A stretch of DNA of 64,000 bases from a virus. Its lineage: Duplodnaviria > Caudoviricetes. A program made the translations under genes and the position numbers. The notes under the pieces are model-generated. The model saw only the letters and a list, made by a program, of their open reading frames with translations, did no database searches and was not told where the DNA came from. Numbering within the stretch: position 1 is the first letter of the stretch; each line of letters starts with the position of its first letter. The stretch spans positions 47,356 to 111,355 of IMG/VR virus record IMGVR_UViG_2511231106_000004, one strand, 5' to 3'. Positions 45,586 through 54,465 of this stretch are shown here, piece after piece.

Positions 45586-46482
45586 TCAAGCGGCGGCATT
45601 GCGCCATGCGGAATTGCCTGTGAGGTGTTTGAGGAAGTGGAGCCGGCAGGTCTTGAATTCGTCGCCGATGAGCCCGAGACGGAGCATCCAGCACCGGAAA
45701 GCGTATTTCTCATTATCCGTTTCAGTCTTCCGGGCCGAGGCCTTCTTCTGCGTGAGGGCCTGATGGGCGACGGCTAGGCAGAACTGGATGTATGCCTTGA
45801 TTTCCCCGGAGTGGAGCGTCCCGTTAAAAAGCCGGAACTCGACGGTCCCTTTGGTGAAGGTGGCATGCAGGTTCAGCCCGTGGTAGCGGGTGCTGTTGTA
45901 ATGATGGTTCCGTCCGTAAGGTGCTTCCTGATACCAGAGGTCGGCGATGCCTTCCAGCGTATCCGGCTTTCTCCGATTGATGTCCTTCAGGAAGGTCGTG
46001 TTTGTCTTCCGGCAGTACCGGCTTTCCCGCGAAGGATTGATCTGGAGGGCGCGGTAAATCATGTCTTCCTTGCTCGCCATGATGTTCACCAGGTTCCGCA
46101 GGGTCTTTGCCGTGAACCGTTCGGCCCCGACATGGATGTGGATGCCGCAGGACTTGTTGGCAAAGGCCCCGGCCTTGCGGAGCGTCCGCACCAGCTCCTG
46201 CAGCTTCGTGATGTCTTCGTAGGAAAGAATGGGGCTGACCACTTCCGTGCGGTAGAAGCTGGAAGCATCCGTAATGTTTCCGTTCACCTTCTTCTGGGGA
46301 ACCAGACTGGAATCGTTCATGGCTTTCCATTTCCGTCCCTGTTCATCCCTTGCGGTGTAGGTATCGTAGGCTCCGCCTTCGTGCCGGCTTTCCGTCCCGA
46401 AGAAGCTGGCCATGAGGCTGGCGGCCCGGCTTCTCGTGATCCCGGTCATTTCCATTTCGATGCCAAAGTGCAATGTTTTCAT
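45586..46482 (-). CDS. Amidoligase family protein (COOH-NH2 ligase)
   Basis: FGIEME, DSSL, EVVSP, SCGIHIHV, RYHGLN, TVEFRLF. Confidence 0.9.
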   Translation of the reverse strand: MKTLHFGIEMEMTGITRSRAASLMASFFGTESRHEGGAYDTYTARDEQGRKWKAMNDSSLVPQKKVNGNITDASSFYRTEVVSPILSYEDITKLQELVRTLRKAGAFANKSCGIHIHVGAERFTAKTLRNLVNIMASKEDMIYRALQINPSRESRYCRKTNTTFLKDINRRKPDTLEGIADLWYQEAPYGRNHHYNSTRYHGLNLHATFTKGTVEFRLFNGTLHSGEIKAYIQFCLAVAHQALTQKKASARKTETDNEKYAFRCWMLRLGLIGDEFKTCRLHFLKHLTGNSAWRNAAA

Positions 46483-46533
46483 AATCATCTCTGTCCTTTT
46501 TATGTGTGCGTGTGTTCTTTCGGTACACTATAT

Positions 46534-46560
46534 ATCACTCTAAAGGCACACAATAGCAAG
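46534..46560 (-). promoter_or_regulatory. 27-bp CTTGCTA motif, copy 4
   Basis: CTTGCTATTGTGTGCCTTTAGAGTGAT. Confidence 0.65.
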
Positions 46561-46595
46561 TTATTTTGAGAATAATTATGAATTAAATTGAAGGT

Positions 46596-47453
46596 TTATA
46601 GGTTCTGATGCCGGCGTTCCTTCTGCTTTCTGGCATGGGCCATGGCCTCTTCTTCCGTGCGGAAAGCACTCCATCCGTTCAGGTCTTTCAGCAGGGCCAT
46701 GCGCGATTCGTGGCTGGCCCTGGTTCCCATGCCGATGCGCAGGAGCCACATCCGCAGGTAGTATTTCTCGTTTTCCGGCTTCCGTGTGGCAGGCTGGACC
46801 CGTTTCGCCTTTTTCGCCGCACTGACAATGAAAGCCGCCAGTTCAATCAGGGCGCGGTTCTTTACGGCATTGCCGGTCGCGGAGAAGTAGAATGTCACCG
46901 TGTCTGCGGCAATCAGGAACCCCCGCCCTTCTTTTCCGTAGTTCTGATAGATGGCAAAGAAGGAAGTCCGGTCTGTACCGGGTTCTTCTTTCAGGTCTTC
47001 CACCAGCCTGTCCGGCACATGGATGTTTTCATGTCCTGCGGCCCGGTTGAGCAGGTACTGCTGAGCATGGAGCATGAAGACCAGGTTGCGGAGCTGCGCC
47101 CCATCCATGCCATCATTGGGAACCTTGATTTCCATCTTGTCCGGCTCCGTCTGCGGCAGTGCTTCCGATTCTGGCGTTTCATCCTGCTGTGTCGGTTCTT
47201 GCGTTACTTCGGTTTCTGTTCCTTCTTCCGGTTTCGGCTGCGGAAGGATTCCTGCTTCCTGCAGGAAATCCGTGATGGCGGCTTCTGTCTTTTCATCATC
47301 GCATTCGATATCGCCGCTGCGAAGGATGCGGAATCCCTGCCCTTCGTAGGCAAAGGCCGGGGTCCCGGTGTAATGAAGCTTTTCGTTACGGTTGAAGGGA
47401 ATCATCCTTCTGGCCAGTTCCTTGCGGTCGTTCAGGTTCGTCTGGATTGTCAT
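46596..47453 (-). CDS. Conserved phage protein ('virulence-related' hypothetical)
   Basis: YTGTPAFAY, acidic linker, ENEKYYLRMWLLRIG; paralog of 146..952. Confidence 0.75.
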   Translation of the reverse strand: MTIQTNLNDRKELARRMIPFNRNEKLHYTGTPAFAYEGQGFRILRSGDIECDDEKTEAAITDFLQEAGILPQPKPEEGTETEVTQEPTQQDETPESEALPQTEPDKMEIKVPNDGMDGAQLRNLVFMLHAQQYLLNRAAGHENIHVPDRLVEDLKEEPGTDRTSFFAIYQNYGKEGRGFLIAADTVTFYFSATGNAVKNRALIELAAFIVSAAKKAKRVQPATRKPENEKYYLRMWLLRIGMGTRASHESRMALLKDLNGWSAFRTEEEAMAHARKQKERRHQNL

Positions 47454-47487
47454 GGTCTATGTACCTCCTTGTTTTGCTAGTACATAT

Positions 47488-47514
47488 ATCACTCTGAACG
47501 CCGATAATAGCAAG
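47488..47514 (-). promoter_or_regulatory. 27-bp CTTGCTA motif, copy 5
   Basis: CTTGCTATTATCGGCGTTCAGAGTGAT. Confidence 0.65.
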
Positions 47515-48753
47515 TTATTTCTGCACTTTATCATAAGGAATTTTCTCATTTTTACGCAGTACAAACACGCCTTCATCCCCGCACTCGCTGATATACCGCT
47601 TCACGATGACATCGACGAACTTCTCGTCCAGCTCAATGCCATAACAGATGCGGTCCGTCTGCTGGCAGGCCATGAGCGTGGAACCGGATCCGAGGAACGG
47701 GTCCAGGACGATGCAGTGGCTCATGGACGAATTCTCTATGGGGTAGGCCATAAGAACCACAGGCTTCATGGTCGGATGTTCCTTGCTGGCTTTCGGACGG
47801 TCATATTCCCAGATGGTCGTCTGCTTGCGGTCGGAATACCACTGGTGCTTCCCGTTCAGCTTCCAGCCGAACAGGCACGGCTCGTGCTGCCACTGGTACG
47901 GGCTGCGGCCCAGGACCAGGGCGTTCTTCTTCCAGATGCAGCAGCCGGACAGGTAGAAGCCTGCGTCCTTGAAGGCCTTGCGGAAGTTCAGCCCCTGCGT
48001 ATCGGCGTGGAACACATAGATGGATGCATCCCGTTCCATGTTCTGCTCCATGTTGACGAAGGCGCTGAACAGGAACTGGTAGAATTTATCGTCCGGCATA
48101 TTGTCGTTCTTGATTTTTCCGGCCGTTTCTTCCACATCCACATTGTACGGAGGATCCGTCAGCACCAGGTTGGCTTTCTTGCCGTCCATCAATCGTATAT
48201 AGGTTTCCGGCAGCGTGGCATCGCCGCAGATGACGCGGTGCTCCCCCAGGAGCCAGATATCCCCTACCTTGGCCATAGCCGGCTGTTCCAGTTCTCCGTC
48301 CACATCGAAGTCATCTTCTCTCACCTTCTTGTTGTGGACTTTGGAAAAGAGCTGCTCCACTTCTGGTGCCTCGAAACCCGTCAAGTCTACATTGAAATCG
48401 ACGCTCTGCAAATCCACGATGAGGTCGGCCAGGAGCTGTTCGTTCCAGGTGCCGGTGATTTTATTGAGCGCGATATTGAGGGCCTTGACCTTGTGTTCGT
48501 CCTCGATATGGACAACCACGCACTGGACTTCTTCATAACCCAGTTCTTTCAGCACTGTCAGGCGCTGATGCCCGCCGATGACGGTCATGTCGTAGTTGAC
48601 AATGACGGGTTCCACATAGCCGAACTCCTGGATGGAGTTCTTGATCTTCTCATATTCCTTGTCACCGGGTTTCAGCTGCTTCCTGGGGTTATATGCCGCA
48701 GGCTTCAGCTGGCCGATGGGCAGGACTTTCCATTCCATATCCGATGTCTTCAT
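47515..48753 (-). CDS. ParB-like domain plus N6-adenine/N4-cytosine DNA methyltransferase
   Basis: YNPRK, IGGHQR, DPPY, HPTMKP, LDPFLGSGST. Confidence 0.92.
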   Translation of the reverse strand: MKTSDMEWKVLPIGQLKPAAYNPRKQLKPGDKEYEKIKNSIQEFGYVEPVIVNYDMTVIGGHQRLTVLKELGYEEVQCVVVHIEDEHKVKALNIALNKITGTWNEQLLADLIVDLQSVDFNVDLTGFEAPEVEQLFSKVHNKKVREDDFDVDGELEQPAMAKVGDIWLLGEHRVICGDATLPETYIRLMDGKKANLVLTDPPYNVDVEETAGKIKNDNMPDDKFYQFLFSAFVNMEQNMERDASIYVFHADTQGLNFRKAFKDAGFYLSGCCIWKKNALVLGRSPYQWQHEPCLFGWKLNGKHQWYSDRKQTTIWEYDRPKASKEHPTMKPVVLMAYPIENSSMSHCIVLDPFLGSGSTLMACQQTDRICYGIELDEKFVDVIVKRYISECGDEGVFVLRKNEKIPYDKVQK

Positions 48754-48928
48754 ACACTGTTTCCTTTCTGGATGCCGCGGCGATGGCGGCTCCGTATCCG
48801 TTCAGATGATGCCAGCGGCAATAATTCCGCACGCTGTCCCGTGACAGCTTCGTTTCCCGGGCGATAGCCTTGTACCCCATCCCCTGTCTCCGCATGGTTT
48901 CAATCTGCCTGCGCTGGCAGTCATTCAT
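48689..48928 (-). CDS. Small HTH protein
   Basis: RQGMGYKAIARETKLSRDSVRNYCR, similar to N-terminus of 22095..22487. Confidence 0.65.
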   Translation of the reverse strand: MNDCQRRQIETMRRQGMGYKAIARETKLSRDSVRNYCRWHHLNGYGAAIAAASRKETVYEDIGYGMESPAHRPAEACGI

Positions 48929-49014
48929 GAAAGCTCCCTTCTTCCTGGCAATAAAAAAGCCCCGGGCCAGAAGCCTGGAGCTGCCTGATATTCGGTTGAA
49001 GACCGTCCTTATAT

Positions 49015-49101
49015 CCCCCCTTATGAATTTCGCGGTTTTTCCCATTTGAGGGGGCGGCGGTCATGGACGGAAGAGCTACAGAGATTGACATCCCCCCGCC
49101 C
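49015..49101 (-). other. Candidate cos/packaging region of prophage B
   Basis: GC-rich ACCGCCGCCCC within a pattern shared with 3019-3101; downstream of HNH. Confidence 0.5.
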
Positions 49102-49168
49102 ATTATTATTCTATTCATTTCCCATTTCCAATGTTATAATAAAAAGAAAACGGGAGAGGTCAGTATTC

Positions 49169-50140
49169 ATGCTCACTATAAGACAAATGATGCGTTACTT
49201 ACGTAATAATCATAACATGTCCATAAAAAGCAACCAGGCTCATGCTTTACGAAACCTTGGCTATTACCACGGATATAAAGGATATCGTTTCATCCGCACT
49301 CCTCAAAATCGAATATCCTTCCGCACCTTCGATGAACTACTCGCCATTAATAATTTTGATATGCATTTAAAATCATTGCTGTATTCAAAAGTCATGTTCA
49401 TCGAAACAGCGCTCAAAAGCTATGTCATTGAGGCTGTCCTTGCTGATAGCAAATCCGAAAACATTAATGACATCTTTAATCGTTCTCTGACTTATTATAA
49501 AACATTTGGAGCTGGTAGTCATGAATATAAACGTTTTTTCACTAAGCGAATGACATTACGCGGTTCCATTAACAATACGCTTAAACGTGACTATGGTCAA
49601 CATAATCAAATTGTTAATCACTTCTTCAATCAAGATCGTGAAATTCCTATCTGGGCTATATTTGAATCCATGACACTTGGAGATTTTGGCACCTTCTTTT
49701 GGTGTTGTAATAAAAGTGTAAAACTCTATACCTCTAAGTTGTTAGGACTACCTTCAAATCTGGACGCCGACGGTGAATTGACTAAAGATATTATCTTTAC
49801 AATTAAGGATCTACGTAATGCAATCGCTCATAACAATGTAATTTTTGATGCTCGCTTCCGTACCAATAAAATTAGTCCACGCCTTGTCAGCCTCTTGCAG
49901 AAAGAAACATCTGTTCAACAAATTGATTTTCAATATATTGATGCTTACATCATATTAATCATTTATGTGCTAAGAAAAATGCAAGTAACAAAAACAGAAT
50001 GTAAACAACTCATTTCTGGTTATAATAATAGCAAAGAACTATTACGCCAACAAATTTCAACTCCTATTTGGAATCAAATTCTTGGTTCAGGAACAAGGCA
50101 GAATATGGAATCACTAAAAGCATTCCTCACAAGGTCATAA
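49169..50140 (+). CDS. AbiD/AbiF-like (Abi_2) HEPN protein
   Basis: LGYY, IETALK, IPIWAIFE..TLG, HEPN RNAIAH; extended -10 TGTTATAAT at 49132-49140. Confidence 0.88.
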   Translation: MLTIRQMMRYLRNNHNMSIKSNQAHALRNLGYYHGYKGYRFIRTPQNRISFRTFDELLAINNFDMHLKSLLYSKVMFIETALKSYVIEAVLADSKSENINDIFNRSLTYYKTFGAGSHEYKRFFTKRMTLRGSINNTLKRDYGQHNQIVNHFFNQDREIPIWAIFESMTLGDFGTFFWCCNKSVKLYTSKLLGLPSNLDADGELTKDIIFTIKDLRNAIAHNNVIFDARFRTNKISPRLVSLLQKETSVQQIDFQYIDAYIILIIYVLRKMQVTKTECKQLISGYNNSKELLRQQISTPIWNQILGSGTRQNMESLKAFLTRS

Positions 50141-50151
50141 TTATAATTTTC

Positions 50152-50252
50152 TTGCTTTTGGGGAATTTATTTGCTATAATAACTTTGAAGAAAGTGGCTG
50201 ACGTCTTCGGACTAGGCCCTAAAGAGACTCGATGCGTCGAGTCTCTTTTTTT
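50152..50252 (+). ncRNA. Candidate small RNA (about 65 nt) with own promoter and terminator, downstream of abi gene
   Basis: TTGCTT-17-TATAAT (50152-50180, with TG), GTC-TTCG-GAC hairpin, 12-bp terminator stem plus T tract; no ORF. Confidence 0.65.
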
Positions 50253-50254
50253 GA

Positions 50255-50614
50255 CTAATATTGATATCTTATTTCCCGGTCTTCGGTCATCGTCTTATGG
50301 TCATGGCAGCTCTTGCACAAAGTCTGCCAGTTCTTTTCGTCCCAGAACAAGTCCGGGTCGCCGCGATGCGGCTTGATATGATCCACGACCGTTGCCGGGA
50401 CGAGCCGTCCTTTCTTTTTGCATCGGACACACCATGGATGACGATTCAGAAAGAACTTCCTGGCTTTCTGCCACTCTCTCCCGTAGCCGCGCAGCACCGC
50501 GTTCTTCCGTTCGCCCTGGCACTGCTGTTCATGTTCGTCACAATATTTTCTCCCATACGGCACCAGCCTTGGGCATCCCGGATACTTGCACGGTGTCTGT
50601 GGTCTTCTTGGCAT
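50255..50614 (-). CDS. HNH endonuclease (terminase-associated)
   Basis: CKYPGC, CVRC, VDHIKPH, NWQTLCKSCH. Confidence 0.92.
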   Translation of the reverse strand: MPRRPQTPCKYPGCPRLVPYGRKYCDEHEQQCQGERKNAVLRGYGREWQKARKFFLNRHPWCVRCKKKGRLVPATVVDHIKPHRGDPDLFWDEKNWQTLCKSCHDHKTMTEDREIRYQY

Positions 50615-51122
50615 TCGTATCATCTCCGGCATCAAAAAAGGACCGATGGCTTTTAAACCACGGTCCCTCATTCTTTTCTTGCTGATTATACTATACCACG
50701 CAGATAGTACTGACATCTAGTGCTGTTTACGTGACACTTACTGACAATTACTGGGAATTTCTATAAGGAGCCTCTAAAAACTCTGTTTTAGAAGCCCAAT
50801 TTTCTTATTAAATGCCCCCTTCTGCCATCAAAGCCATATACAAAGGAGATCTAGCTTCGTAAAGCCAAGGAGATTAGCAAACTGAACACTCCCCACAGCG
50901 ACATGAAAGATATATTGCCAAATTTTCAGCTAACATCTCTCGAGAAGTCACTTTGCCGCAAGAAAAATATCGATGTTTTGAGAATTCTGCTCGAGTTTCT
51001 TTCGCTCAAGCGTCAGACGGGAATTAATTTGCTCAGGAATATCACATCCATATCTACGGTTCAGGCCTTCAGTAATATATTCCTTCAGTATTTCCTTTTT
51101 AGATAAAAACGCATTGCCCAGA

Positions 51123-52175
51123 TCAAAGTCCAAGCTCGACATCATAACGAACCAGCAAATTGGCGAATTGATATCCATTCAGCAAAATAATATTTGCTTT
51201 TCCTGCTTTTTCCTTAGCATCATTTGAAAACTCTTTTTCAGAATTAATGACAATAAAGATAGAGTTCTGATATTCTTCCTTATCCTTCATAAGGATTAAC
51301 TGTTTCACACCATGCAGATCATCTGCATCTGTTCCTTCTTTCTTTTTCGCCTGGATACAGATTCTGGGGAAGATTGCATTCCCTGTATTGATATTGCTGA
51401 TAGCATCCAGCAAAGAGTTGTTCTGAACCGCAGATAGGACAATATCAATATCGCCCCCATCTTCATGCTGATTCTTGGCGATAACAGCATAACCATTTTT
51501 CTCAAACAGCTTTGCAATGATATCTTCAAAGGTATGGGAATCCCACTTCACCATTTGTTTGACTATATCATTTAAATATTCATCTCTTGTCTTTTTTGTT
51601 GCAGTATTAAGATGATCAATCAATGAAGTGTTGGGATTAGCAATTGCATCAGGATCTTTTTTAAATAAGCTGATCAAAACGCCCACTGCTTCAATAAAAT
51701 CATTATTCCAAACATGATTAATGGGCGATTGATAGGCCTTAAATTTTGTAGAAATAATTCTTGCCTCGTTATTTGCATTATATGGACAGCTGAAAAGCGG
51801 TCTCACTGTAATGAAATTCCCGAAATCATCCCAACCGTCAGGAATTTTAAAATCATATGGCTTTACACACTTTAAGATGGAAAAGCTACGGCACGGATTA
51901 TTTTTTTCCTTACGCAGACTGACTTTTGGCACGATAATCAAATCATCAGGTTTGATTTCCAGCATAATACGAAGGTTTCTATAGCGCCTGCTTTTTTCTG
52001 AATCTGAACCGTCATTTGTCCAGACCTTGTTCCATGCCTGCAAAAAATCCTTTTCTTCCACATCAATTCGCATGCCATCGGCCCCCCAGCCCTGGTGGAG
52101 GCGTCCCTGCAGAATTTCCTGACGCACTTTTTGAAAATCCTCATCATAATTGATTCGAAAAACAAATACACTCAT
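51123..52175 (-). CDS. Mrr-like restriction endonuclease with N-terminal putative modified-base reader
   Basis: FEDIIAKLFEKNGY, DGGDIDI, IQAK, LLNGYQFANL; AT-rich insert. Confidence 0.8.
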   Translation of the reverse strand: MSVFVFRINYDEDFQKVRQEILQGRLHQGWGADGMRIDVEEKDFLQAWNKVWTNDGSDSEKSRRYRNLRIMLEIKPDDLIIVPKVSLRKEKNNPCRSFSILKCVKPYDFKIPDGWDDFGNFITVRPLFSCPYNANNEARIISTKFKAYQSPINHVWNNDFIEAVGVLISLFKKDPDAIANPNTSLIDHLNTATKKTRDEYLNDIVKQMVKWDSHTFEDIIAKLFEKNGYAVIAKNQHEDGGDIDIVLSAVQNNSLLDAISNINTGNAIFPRICIQAKKKEGTDADDLHGVKQLILMKDKEEYQNSIFIVINSEKEFSNDAKEKAGKANIILLNGYQFANLLVRYDVELGL

Positions 52176-52214
52176 GATAGTTTCTCCTTATCCTCAATCC
52201 ATATTATCACGATT

Positions 52215-52652
52215 TTAGAAATGGCCTATATTTTTTAACGCTTCTTCGTGCATCCGGTATACCTGCCGTACATTCAGTTTCAATGTTCCTGCAATCGACG
52301 CCCAATCTTTAAAGGCCAAGTAACGTAGCTCCAACACCACCCTTTCCCGATCATTCGGCACCTGACCGATTGTTTTCATAATTTCGGCCTTTAAATCCAC
52401 TAACCTGTCAATCTCTTCATCCACTTCACGTTCCAGATCCATCATCCGGATAATCGTATCTTCCAAGCGGTGCGGATTGGGAGTACCACTTGGTGGTACC
52501 AAGCTTAAGGTAGATGTTGCTTTTCTCGCCAGTTGCCGTAGTGCTGATACCTGTTCCAGCTTGCTGTCGATCTGGATATTGATATTCCTTGCCTGTTCCA
52601 GGTAGGCTTTCACTTGCATATAATCCATTTCCCCTTTGATTTCTTCGCTCAT
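52215..52652 (-). CDS. DUF1492 / RinA-ArpU-like late activator
   Basis: KAYLEQ, VLELRYL..WASIA..VYRMH. Confidence 0.78.
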   Translation of the reverse strand: MSEEIKGEMDYMQVKAYLEQARNINIQIDSKLEQVSALRQLARKATSTLSLVPPSGTPNPHRLEDTIIRMMDLEREVDEEIDRLVDLKAEIMKTIGQVPNDRERVVLELRYLAFKDWASIAGTLKLNVRQVYRMHEEALKNIGHF

Positions 52653-54022
52653 TTTATTATACCATCCTTTCCCGTATCCGTTATCCCCAGGTCAGCTTTC
52701 ACCGCCTCGATCAGTGCAGACTGGGTTCCGTCTTTGTGTTCCAAGACTTTCAGGATGCGCTCATCAATCGTGCTCTTGGCTACGATGTGCTGTATGATGA
52801 CCGTCTTGTCCGTCTGCCCCTGCCGCCAGAGCCGGGCGTTAGTCTGCTGGTACAGCTCCATGCTCCAGGTCAGGCCGAACCAGACCAGGATGGAACCGCC
52901 CTGCTGAAGGTTCAGCCCGTGTCCGGCAGAAGCCGGATGGATAAGAGCCACGGGTATCTTTCCCTCGTTCCAGTCGGCGAAATCCTGCGATTCCTTCAAC
53001 TCCCTGGCTTCCATCCGCTTACGGATGCGGTCTTTATCGTGCTTGAACCAATAGGCCACCAGGACCGGTTTCCCGTTGGCGCTTTCCACCAGGTCTTCCA
53101 AGGCATCCAGCTTCCGGTCATGGATGGTCACCACATCCTTGTCATCTGTATAAATGGCGCCGTTCGCCATCTGCGAAAGTTTCAAGGTAAGCGACGCGGC
53201 ATTAGCGGCTGTAACCTCGCCGCCTGGAAGTTCCAGCACCAGGTATTTCTTCAGTTCATCATACCGTTCCTTTTCTTTCTCGCTCAGGCTGACTTCCTTC
53301 GCTACGCTCACCAGCTCCGGCATTTTCAAGTAATCGGTCGCCTTCATGGACACGGTGATGTCGGCAATCTGGTGATAGATGGCTTCTTCCGCTCCCGGCA
53401 GGGGTTTGTAGGAATACACCACCATGCCATTGCGCTTATCCGGCTGGAAATACAGGTTCCGGTACTGGCTGATATATCTCCCCAGCCGCTTTCCCATATC
53501 CAGGATGCGGAACTCGGCCCAAAGGTCCATCAACCCATTGCCGCTGGGCGTTCCCGTAAGGCCGACGATGCGTTTCACTCTGGGGCGCAAGGCCTTCATG
53601 GCCCGGAACCGCTTCGACTGGTGGTTCTTGAAACTCGACAGCTCGTCCAGGACGACCATATCGAAATCAAGGCGGCTGTTCTCATAGAGCCAAACCAGGT
53701 TCTCGCGGTTCACAATATAGATATCCGCATCCTGCTGCAAGGCTCTTCTCCGTTCTGGCACGCTGCCGACCACGACGGAACAGGCAAGACATTTCAGGTG
53801 GTCCCACTTCTTGATTTCATCCGGCCAGGTGTCTCTCGCCACCCGCAGCGGAGCGACAACCAGCACCCGCTGTACTTCAAAGGTGTCATACATCAGGTCC
53901 CGGATGGCCGTCAGCGTTGTCACCGTCTTGCCAAGGCCCATGTCCAGGAACAGGGCCGTGACGGGATGGGACTTGATATATTCGATGGCGTATTTCTGAT
54001 ATTCATGCGGCATAAACTTCAT
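52649..54022 (-). CDS. SNF2-family helicase (intact)
   Basis: LDMGLGKT, DELSS, LTGTP, GHGLNLQ, RLWRQGQ. Confidence 0.93.
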   Translation of the reverse strand: MKFMPHEYQKYAIEYIKSHPVTALFLDMGLGKTVTTLTAIRDLMYDTFEVQRVLVVAPLRVARDTWPDEIKKWDHLKCLACSVVVGSVPERRRALQQDADIYIVNRENLVWLYENSRLDFDMVVLDELSSFKNHQSKRFRAMKALRPRVKRIVGLTGTPSGNGLMDLWAEFRILDMGKRLGRYISQYRNLYFQPDKRNGMVVYSYKPLPGAEEAIYHQIADITVSMKATDYLKMPELVSVAKEVSLSEKEKERYDELKKYLVLELPGGEVTAANAASLTLKLSQMANGAIYTDDKDVVTIHDRKLDALEDLVESANGKPVLVAYWFKHDKDRIRKRMEARELKESQDFADWNEGKIPVALIHPASAGHGLNLQQGGSILVWFGLTWSMELYQQTNARLWRQGQTDKTVIIQHIVAKSTIDERILKVLEHKDGTQSALIEAVKADLGITDTGKDGIIK

Positions 54023-54327
54023 GCATCTCCGCCCCCTTTCCCATCGGGCGTGTGGGCAATGGCCTTTAGGACAGCAGGGATGTCCTCCATGGCATCCAGG
54101 ACGAAGACCTGGTAGCCCAGCCTCCGCAGCATGGCATGCCGCTTCAGCTGCAGCGGCCTCGGCTTCTGCCCCGGCGCCTTCACTTCCACGAAGCCTATCT
54201 TCCCATCACCCAATAGGACCAAGCGGTCCGGCATGCCGGAAAACGATGGCGAAACAAACTTCACTGCCATACCGCCTGCCTTCCTGGTTTCCATCACCAG
54301 GTTATGTTCTATCTCTTTTTCCCGCAT
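54019..54327 (-). CDS. VRR-NUC domain nuclease
   Basis: GMPDRL, FVEVKAPG. Confidence 0.9.
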   Translation of the reverse strand: MREKEIEHNLVMETRKAGGMAVKFVSPSFSGMPDRLVLLGDGKIGFVEVKAPGQKPRPLQLKRHAMLRRLGYQVFVLDAMEDIPAVLKAIAHTPDGKGGGDA

Positions 54328-54348
54328 CGGTATCACCTCTTTTTTACT

Positions 54349-54455
54349 GGGGTGCAGGTCGTTGAAGGTCGTTCCGCAAACTTTCCTTAAAGGCATTTTT
54401 TCTATTTTTCAGCCCTAAAGGGAGTTTATGGATAGACCTGCACCGACCTGCACCC
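54349..54455. repeat. Single origin-like unit: inverted GGTGCAGGTC iterons around an AT-rich core
   Basis: GGGTGCAGGTCGTTGAAGGTC..GACCTGCACCGACCTGCACCC right after primase stop; homologous to 6167-6520 units. Confidence 0.75.
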
Positions 54456-54465
54456 TTCCCTTTTC

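Noticed and set aside
50768-51110. IS remnant (GAGCCTCTAAAA..TTTTAGAAGCCC inverted repeat and short ORFs 50903..51106, 50948..51178)
   Set aside because: No transposase motifs or target duplication; may be only a hairpin in inserted DNA
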